This document shows, piece after piece, positions 26,515 through 32,000 of a stretch of DNA of 32,000 nt (the first letter of the stretch is position 1; the number at the start of each line of letters is the position of its first letter). The DNA is taken from the NCBI GenBank assembly GCA_965219535.1, contig CBDCNV010000002.1, positions 780,001 through 812,000 on the forward strand, written 5' to 3'. The notes under the pieces were generated by a model. The model did not search any database, was not told the origin of the DNA, and was given only the letters and a program-made list of their open reading frames with translations. Origin of the DNA: Opitutales bacterium. Lineage in GTDB: Bacteria > Verrucomicrobiota > Verrucomicrobiia > Opitutales > PNEW01. A program made the position numbers and the translations under genes.

Positions 26515-27369
26515 CTATAAATTAAGGGTGTCTAAGTAACCCCACTCACGTAACCTGTTAATCCAATGTTCACGCTTGGAACTTTTCTCGTTATTCGCTA
26601 CCCAGAAGGGATGATATTGAGGGCCAAACGTTTTGTTATTTATTCTGCTTGTTTTCATTATCTCCACGTAATTTTGCACAGACTTCTTTTCTACGGCTGA
26701 TTGAGGATCTTTATAAAAATTAAAGGTGCATGTCCGGCGGTCTAAATAGCCACCCCAGGCTGCATGCCAGATACGGCCGTTAAAAGTAATCATGTCTCCC
26801 GGTTGCGATGAGAAGACAAAAGCGGGAATATCGCATATTTCAAGATTGGCCTTTTTCAAAAACGCTTCATCATCCGATCCGCCGCGTAAACCGATTTTGG
26901 TGAGTTGATCATGAAAAGGACTTTTATGCGAACCGGGTATCAGACGCAGCGCACCTTTATCAGCGTCAGTCGCTTGCAGGTAGATGACGTTTTTATGCAT
27001 TTGAAAATTTGGATCTACGTAGTCTGGGTGCCAACCTGTATCCTGAGAGTAGCTGTTGGAATTGGATAGTATCGGGACAGCACCTTTTCCCAGAAGCATT
27101 TCAGAAGCTTCAACGATGCGGGGATCTTCCAGTAAATGGGTAAGAAAGGGGGAGTCGGGATGCCGGTTGGGCCAGTTTACATTTGAGACACGTTTTCCTT
27201 CAAGCTTAGTTGTTTCCTCTAGTACCGCTTTATACCGTGTATCAAATTCATTGTTAATTGTCTTTATTTCGTCAGCGGTGAACAGTTTCCGGCGAACAAG
27301 GAACCCAAAAGTATTAAAATGTTCTACTTGAGATTCTGTTAATAGCGGTGGGGCTGAATTCTGGATCAT
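26515..27369 (-). CDS. Phytanoyl-CoA dioxygenase (PhyH) family Fe(II)/2-oxoglutarate oxygenase
   Basis: The N-terminus is FGFLVRRKLFTADEI, the facial triad is HxD (GWHPDY), and the distal His is in GRIWHAAWGG. Confidence 0.85.
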   Translation of the reverse strand: MIQNSAPPLLTESQVEHFNTFGFLVRRKLFTADEIKTINNEFDTRYKAVLEETTKLEGKRVSNVNWPNRHPDSPFLTHLLEDPRIVEASEMLLGKGAVPILSNSNSYSQDTGWHPDYVDPNFQMHKNVIYLQATDADKGALRLIPGSHKSPFHDQLTKIGLRGGSDDEAFLKKANLEICDIPAFVFSSQPGDMITFNGRIWHAAWGGYLDRRTCTFNFYKDPQSAVEKKSVQNYVEIMKTSRINNKTFGPQYHPFWVANNEKSSKREHWINRLREWGYLDTLNL

Positions 27370-27563
27370 TTTCTTACTTCTCCCTATTGATTATTTATTC
27401 TAAATATGAGCGAGTATAAAATGTTATGTCAACAAGTCGTCGGATCGCTATTCATATTGTCATTCTTAATGTCTTTATAATCACGCATACTTGACTTCAA
27501 TTGTGAAAAAGACAGGCTGGAAACCTTCCTCTCTGAAAGAAAATTATTCACTATTGTTTGTAT

Positions 27564-27650
27564 GCCGAGGTGGCGGAATTGGCAGACGCGCTAGGTTCAG
27601 GGTCTAGTACTCGCAAGGGTGTGAGGGTTCGAGTCCCTCTCTCGGCACCA
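27564..27650 (+). tRNA. tRNA-Leu (anticodon CAG), CCA encoded
   Basis: Folded by hand:
- acceptor stem GCCGAGG/TCTCGGC (one G-U pair)
- D arm GCG-GAATTGGCAGA-CGC
- anticodon stem CTAGG/TCTAG with loop TTCAGGG, giving anticodon CAG
- long variable arm ACTCGCAAGGGTGT
- T arm GAGGG-TTCGAGT-CCCTC
- discriminator A, then CCA. Confidence 0.95.
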
Positions 27651-27722
27651 TTCGACTCCGCTCATGGCGGGCCATTCAGCTTCGCTCATGGCGGGCCATT
27701 CGGCTTTGCTCATGACGTGATG
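27651..27722. repeat. Three tandem 24-bp units immediately after the tRNA CCA end
   Basis: ttcgactccgctcatggcgggcca (27651-27674), ttcagcttcgctcatggcgggcca (27675-27698; 21/24 identical) and ttcggctttgctcatgacgtgatg (27699-27722; 16/24). Each unit starts with a T-loop-like TTCGAcTCC / TTCrGCTT, and the first two end in GCCA. Confidence 0.75.
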
Positions 27723-27758
27723 AACGCATGCATCTTCGCAATTGAAAAGGCTTATATT

Positions 27759-28514
27759 TCAATCGAGGTAATCACAGATATCTGGGATCATTCTCGCTCG
27801 CCGGCCATCGGGAAGTCTTTTCAGGTAGGGATCGTCTTCAACCGGTACATCGTCCTCGTATGCGATGTCCTCTTCGATCATAATTTCAGGATGGGCGTTA
27901 GCAATTTCGTATTCTTCCTCATCAAAGATAAGTGATAGTCTTCTCGGTTCAGGATAGAGTACCTTTGCAGGATTAGATACGCGGCCTTTTTTTACGAATT
28001 CAAAAAGGCAGGGATAATGTTTTTTTTCGAAGTGCTGGATGAAATCTCTTACCCAATTATTAGGAACGGACTCACGTTTATTCAGCAAAACAACATCGGA
28101 GAAATGAATACAGGCTTCATACCATGCATTCAGGGAGGATTTTTTTTCACAGAGTTTACAATTAATTACACTCAAAGCGCGCGCAACCTGAAGGTCGTTT
28201 TTACTTATCCACACACCGAGTGCTTCAATTTGATCAACGGGATTTAATCGACCGTTAGTAATGAAAAAGAGGGTCTCCCCTTCTTCCGGTAAATGCTTAG
28301 CAATAATTTCCCCCTCAGGTGAGAGATGCCACGAAATTGAAGTTACCGTGTGGAGGGCTTGAATTTGCTCATCATAGGAAGATGGCTTTTCGTTTTCTGC
28401 CAATAAAACGGTAGCTTTGCCTTTTACATTTTCGCCAATGTACTCGATCAAATCAAAGGCTATTTCACGCCGCCCCGATCCGGTGGCACCCAAAATTATG
28501 TATATGGGATTCAT
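27759..28514 (-). CDS. G3E/COG0523 (CobW)-like P-loop protein with a degenerate Walker A and an acidic tail
   Basis: The layout follows COG0523:
- IYIILGATGSGRREIAFDL, where COG0523 has GFLGSGKTTLL
- LFFITNGRLNPVDQIE, where COG0523 has IETTGLADPxPV
- FSDVVLLNKRE (NKxD-like)

The P-loop Lys-Thr is Arg-Arg, the CxCC metal motif is missing, and the C-terminus is acidic (EEDIAYEDDVPVEDD). It starts 14 nt downstream of aroC on the same strand. Confidence 0.7.
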   Translation of the reverse strand: MNPIYIILGATGSGRREIAFDLIEYIGENVKGKATVLLAENEKPSSYDEQIQALHTVTSISWHLSPEGEIIAKHLPEEGETLFFITNGRLNPVDQIEALGVWISKNDLQVARALSVINCKLCEKKSSLNAWYEACIHFSDVVLLNKRESVPNNWVRDFIQHFEKKHYPCLFEFVKKGRVSNPAKVLYPEPRRLSLIFDEEEYEIANAHPEIMIEEDIAYEDDVPVEDDPYLKRLPDGRRARMIPDICDYLD

Positions 28515-28527
28515 CGTTGAACATGAT

Positions 28528-29622
28528 CTAACTTAATTTAAAAGTGCCGCATTGAGCCTGTTGACGCATCCAATGATCAACGAGAACTAAACCCGTCATT
28601 GCCTCGACAATGGGTACGGCGCGAGGGACAACACAAGGATCGTGTCGGCCTCGAGCTTTGAGAACCGTGTTTTCTCCCTTTACATTAACGGTGTCCTGCT
28701 CTTGTAGAATGGTCGCAGTGGGTTTGAAAGCAGTTTTGAAATAAAGCTCTTCACCATTGCTGATCCCACCCTGTACCCCGCCGGAGTTATTTGTTCGCGT
28801 TCTCACTTTTCCCTCCCGCATTTCAAAGGGATCGTTGTGTTGTGATCCGGTGAGGAATGTGCCGGCGAATCCGCTGCCAACTTCGAAGCCCTTGGTTGCC
28901 GGTAAAGACAACATGGCTTTGGCGAGATCTGCTTCAAGACGATCGAAGACCGGCTCACCCAGGCCAACGGGCAGGTTGCGCGTTCGACATAGGATAATGC
29001 CTCCGACCGAGTCTCCCTTCTTTTTCACTTCTTTAATGCGAGAAATCATTTTCTCCGCTATCTTTGCGTCCGGACAGCGCACAGGATTTGCTTCAACTTC
29101 CTCAAGACTTGGGAATTTATCGAGTGCGGGCATTTCTATGTCGTGAATACGCGTAACGTAAGCGATGATATCAACGCCCAACGCGGTTTTTAATAATTTT
29201 TTCGCGATCGCGCCAGCGGCGACCCGACCTGCTGTTTCACGCGCCGATGATCGTCCCCCGCCTTCATGATTGCGCAGACCGTACTTTGCTTCATAGGTAA
29301 AATCAGCATGAGATGGTCGAAATTTTTCTCTCATCTCATCGTAAGCATCCGGACGGGCATCCTTATTCGGGATTATCATCGCGATGGGGGTGCCTAGAGT
29401 CCGTCCTTCGTAAAGACCGGAAACAATTGTCACGTTATCTGTTTCCTTGCGCGTGGTCGTGATACTGCTTTGACCCGGACGACGGCGGTCCAACTCTACC
29501 TGGATGTCCGCTTCAGATAACGGTAAATTGGGCGGGCAGCCGTCTACAACCACGCCGATGCCTCCTCCATGGCTTTCGCCCCATGTGGATAATGTGAATA
29601 ACTTACCGAATGTGTTGCTCAT
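28528..29622 (-). CDS. aroC: Chorismate synthase
   Basis: [47 protein letters not shown] and [12 protein letters not shown]. Confidence 0.95.
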
Positions 29623-29831
29623 GACTTGTCAACATTGTGCAAAACTTATCGAGTGCCGCTTTATTTCCAGACAATATTAAAGCAAAACCCCAATTTATAA
29701 AATTTTCAAGAACGAAGGTTGTGCTTGTTTAACACTAGACGATGCCGAGAGGTCAGTATCAGTCACCTAATAGTTATTCACAATTTATTTTTTCTCTGGC
29801 AAGAAGATGAATTGAAATACATCTATAAACG

Positions 29832-30650
29832 ATGCGGGTAAAGGGTGGTGAAGATCAGGTCATAAGCTCGGATAGTGAAGATCTAGAGATTCGATTATTA
29901 CAATTTGACCTCCGAGCGATTGAAGATAACGATAGGCTTATTGGCGTGGATGAGAGCGGGCGTGGCGCACTTGCCGGCCCGGTAGTAGCCGCCGCTGTTT
30001 GTCTGGATAAAAAGTTTTACGATAGCGAATGGTGTAAAAGAGAAGCTTACGCGATCGAAGATTCTAAACAGTTGAGCGCGGTTCAAAGAGAAAACTTATT
30101 TGCCGAGTTTAAGATGCTTAAAAAGAAAGGTCTTATTGATGCTGAGGTGGGTATCGCCTCGGTCGAGCAAATTGAAAAGCACAATATTCTTGGAGCAACC
30201 CGAATAGCGATGCAACAAGCGGTGGAAGGTATCGCCTCACATAAAGATAAAACGGTTTCGCTTCCTTCAATTGAGAAAGAAGACAATCTATTCCATGAAG
30301 AGGCGATAGAGGGCGATGTCCCTCCCTCTCGCAATTGCATCATGGTTGATGGAAGACCCTTGCGTCCGTTTCCCTACAGCCATGTTGCTGTTGTCGCTGG
30401 AGACGCGAAGTCGCTCGTAATTGCAATGGCATCGATTATCGCAAAAGTTACACGAGACACGTTGATGATGGAAATCGATCGCAACTATCCTCAATACGGA
30501 TTTGCCCACCATAAAGGCTATGGAACAACCCGTCATCAAGCGGCCATTTTAAACGAAGGGCTAACACCGGTCCACCGGGTCCTTTTTCTGAGAAAGCTTT
30601 TTAAAACTGACAGCCAGGAAAATCAGGCTGTTTTAGAATTAATTTCTTAA
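29832..30650 (+). CDS. rnhB: Ribonuclease HII
   Basis: IGVDESGRGALAGPVVAAAV (DEAGRG-type motif), DSKQLS, ASIIAKVTRD and YGFAHHKGYGT. At 272 aa it is longer than the usual ~200 aa. Confidence 0.9.
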   Translation: MRVKGGEDQVISSDSEDLEIRLLQFDLRAIEDNDRLIGVDESGRGALAGPVVAAAVCLDKKFYDSEWCKREAYAIEDSKQLSAVQRENLFAEFKMLKKKGLIDAEVGIASVEQIEKHNILGATRIAMQQAVEGIASHKDKTVSLPSIEKEDNLFHEEAIEGDVPPSRNCIMVDGRPLRPFPYSHVAVVAGDAKSLVIAMASIIAKVTRDTLMMEIDRNYPQYGFAHHKGYGTTRHQAAILNEGLTPVHRVLFLRKLFKTDSQENQAVLELIS

Positions 30651-30705
30651 AGTTACCGGGTAAAGAGGAGTGGACAGTATTATAAGTTCACTTTATAAAT
30701 GCCCG

Positions 30706-32000
30706 ATGAGCTTACTGAAATCACCATTCATATTATATGTCGTAATTTCAGTTTTTGTGACGGTTGAGGGAGCGACTTTAAACAATAAGGTTCTTGTGCA
30801 TGGGGGCTTTGATGATTTTTCAATGGGTCACTTCGATAACGGTGGTGGAAACCTTTATGTTAATGCCAATGGCGTTATCGAAACCATTCACCGATGGGAT
30901 GTTAATAATGACGGTTTCACCGATATTATGTTCGCAAATTCTGAAGAGCATGGTGAACGTGGCCCGACGCGGGTATTCAGTGTAGATCCAAAGAAGGAAA
31001 GAGATTGTGAATACCAGGACCTATCGGGATTAAGCGGTTACAGCAGCAAAGTTGTCGATCTCGATAAAGATGGATACAATGACCTGGTGGTGGCTAACGC
31101 GGATAATGGGATAAATAGTGAGATAGACTCTTACATCTATTGGGGGGGACCAGAAGGGCCGGAGGCAGAGCGAACGGATTTACCGACGATTGGCGCTTAT
31201 GATGTCGCGGTTATCGACATCAATCGCGACGGGTCCCTGGATCTGGTTTTTCCCTCTTCGTGGAAGGATCGTCATAATATTGCAAATCCTATTCTAGCCC
31301 ACGTTTATTTAAGTAATAAAGACCGACAGTTCACCGATGCTACAGAGCAATACAAGATTGTATGCATCGGGACGATGGGTATCGCGACTGGTGATCTTAA
31401 TAGCGATGGGTACACTGACCTGGTGTTAGCTAATAAAAGGCATATATATGATAAGCATACAGATTCATTTATCTATTGGGGCAATGAAGAATCCTTTGAG
31501 ACGGAAAATCCTCTTCGACTGCCCACCTATGATGCAGAAAACGTGCTGATTGCAGATTTGAATGATGACACGTGTGAGGACATCATTTTTTCGGGTAATA
31601 GTGAGGGGAGGATATTCTGGAATGACGATGGAAACTTCAGCGCTGAAAGCTATACAATTATCAAAAATGATAGGGACAATTCTGCGAAAGAACAGCATCT
31701 GGGATCGGGTGCCATCACCGGTCGAAAGGTAGCGCATTGTGCCGCGGCCGATATTCATGGCAGGGGTGATAATAATTTAATCGTCGCGACGGCGAGTGGG
31801 GTTGAAATTCGCTCGAGCAGTGATGTTGAAAAGGTTGAGACACTTATTCCTCTCACGAATCTCAGCCGGGTATCAGCGGGTGACCTTAATGACGATGGCT
31901 GGTTGGATCTCATTGTCAGCCGTAGCAATGATGGCTATACTTCGGACACCGAATCCGCGATATTCTGGAATCGGGGAGGGAAGTTTTCGATCGAAGAAGC
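30706..32000 (+). CDS. FG-GAP/VCBS repeat protein with signal peptide (gene continues past the right edge)
   Basis: Not in the ORF track because there is no stop in the window. Translation from ATG 30706 gives MSLLKSPFILYVVISVFVTVEGA..., and I checked that the frame stays open to 32000. It contains repeated Ca-binding-like FG-GAP cores: DVNNDGFTDIMFAN, DLDKDGYNDLVVAN, DINRDGSLDLVFPS, GDLNSDGYTDLVLAN, ADLNDDTCEDIIFSG and GDLNDDGWLDLIVSR. Confidence 0.8.
   Translation, partial: MSLLKSPFILYVVISVFVTVEGATLNNKVLVHGGFDDFSMGHFDNGGGNLYVNANGVIETIHRWDVNNDGFTDIMFANSEEHGERGPTRVFSVDPKKERDCEYQDLSGLSGYSSKVVDLDKDGYNDLVVANADNGINSEIDSYIYWGGPEGPEAERTDLPTIGAYDVAVIDINRDGSLDLVFPSSWKDRHNIANPILAHVYLSNKDRQFTDATEQYKIVCIGTMGIATGDLNSDGYTDLVLANKRHIYDKHTDSFIYWGNEESFETENPLRLPTYDAENVLIADLNDDTCEDIIFSGNSEGRIFWNDDGNFSAESYTIIKNDRDNSAKEQHLGSGAITGRKVAHCAAADIHGRGDNNLIVATASGVEIRSSSDVEKVETLIPLTNLSRVSAGDLNDDGWLDLIVSRSNDGYTSDTESAIFWNRGGKFSIEE

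Noticed and set aside
27558-27935. 125-aa ORF starting upstream of the tRNA
   Set aside because: It translates straight through tRNA-Leu and the 24-bp tandem repeat (…FDSAHGGPFSFAHGGPFGFAH…), and then runs antisense to the COG0523-like gene.
27370-28514. Possible integrated element at the tRNA-Leu gene
   Set aside because: There is no integrase, no phage or plasmid genes, and no copy of this tRNA's own 3' end further downstream. The adjacent genes (COG0523-like, aroC) look like core genes.
30794-31758. Track ORFs 30794..30985 (+) and 31465..31758 (-)
   Set aside because: Both are out-of-frame or antisense shadows of the long open FG-GAP repeat frame that starts at 30706.

Overview
This 32-kb chromosomal window holds mostly housekeeping and catabolic genes. 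The source looks like a PVC-type bacterium (Verrucomicrobiota/Lentisphaerota-like). That is an inference from GFSLIEV-type prepilin N-termini, Ig-like secreted proteins and the style of the intergenic GC-hairpin repeats; there is no rRNA here to confirm it. I call 28 protein-coding genes, one gene whose frame is broken twice, one tRNA-Leu(CAG) and several repeat or hairpin elements. Two of the genes run off the window edges and are missing from the ORF track; I translated them by hand.

Gene order, left to right:
- two tandem paralogous secreted proteins (1-3447, minus strand)
- a small conserved protein
- a CPBP protease and ComF
- accD-folC
- a long, divergent adenylosuccinate-synthase homologue
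- a lipoprotein
- a five-gene pseudopilin/ATPase operon (11389-16217)
- an esterase, NhaC, a DmpA-type peptidase, an MFS transporter and an amidase
- a 66-aa histone-fold protein
- a PhyH / ManD / amidohydrolase operon
- tRNA-Leu followed by a decaying tandem array of tRNA-3'-end-like units
- a degenerate COG0523-like P-loop protein coupled to aroC
- rnhB
- an FG-GAP repeat protein

Most worth a second look:
- The orphan pseudopilin/ATPase operon. It includes a stand-alone GspE-N-terminal-domain-like protein with a Lys/Glu-rich tail, and a PilX/GspK-like gene broken at an A8 tract and at a GC repeat.
- The bacterial histone-fold gene.
- The P-loop-degenerate G3E-like protein next to aroC.
- The tandem secreted paralogs, separated by an element bounded by inverted repeats.

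I saw no CRISPR array, transposase, integrase or recognisable defence gene. All homology statements are motif recognition by eye, not searches.
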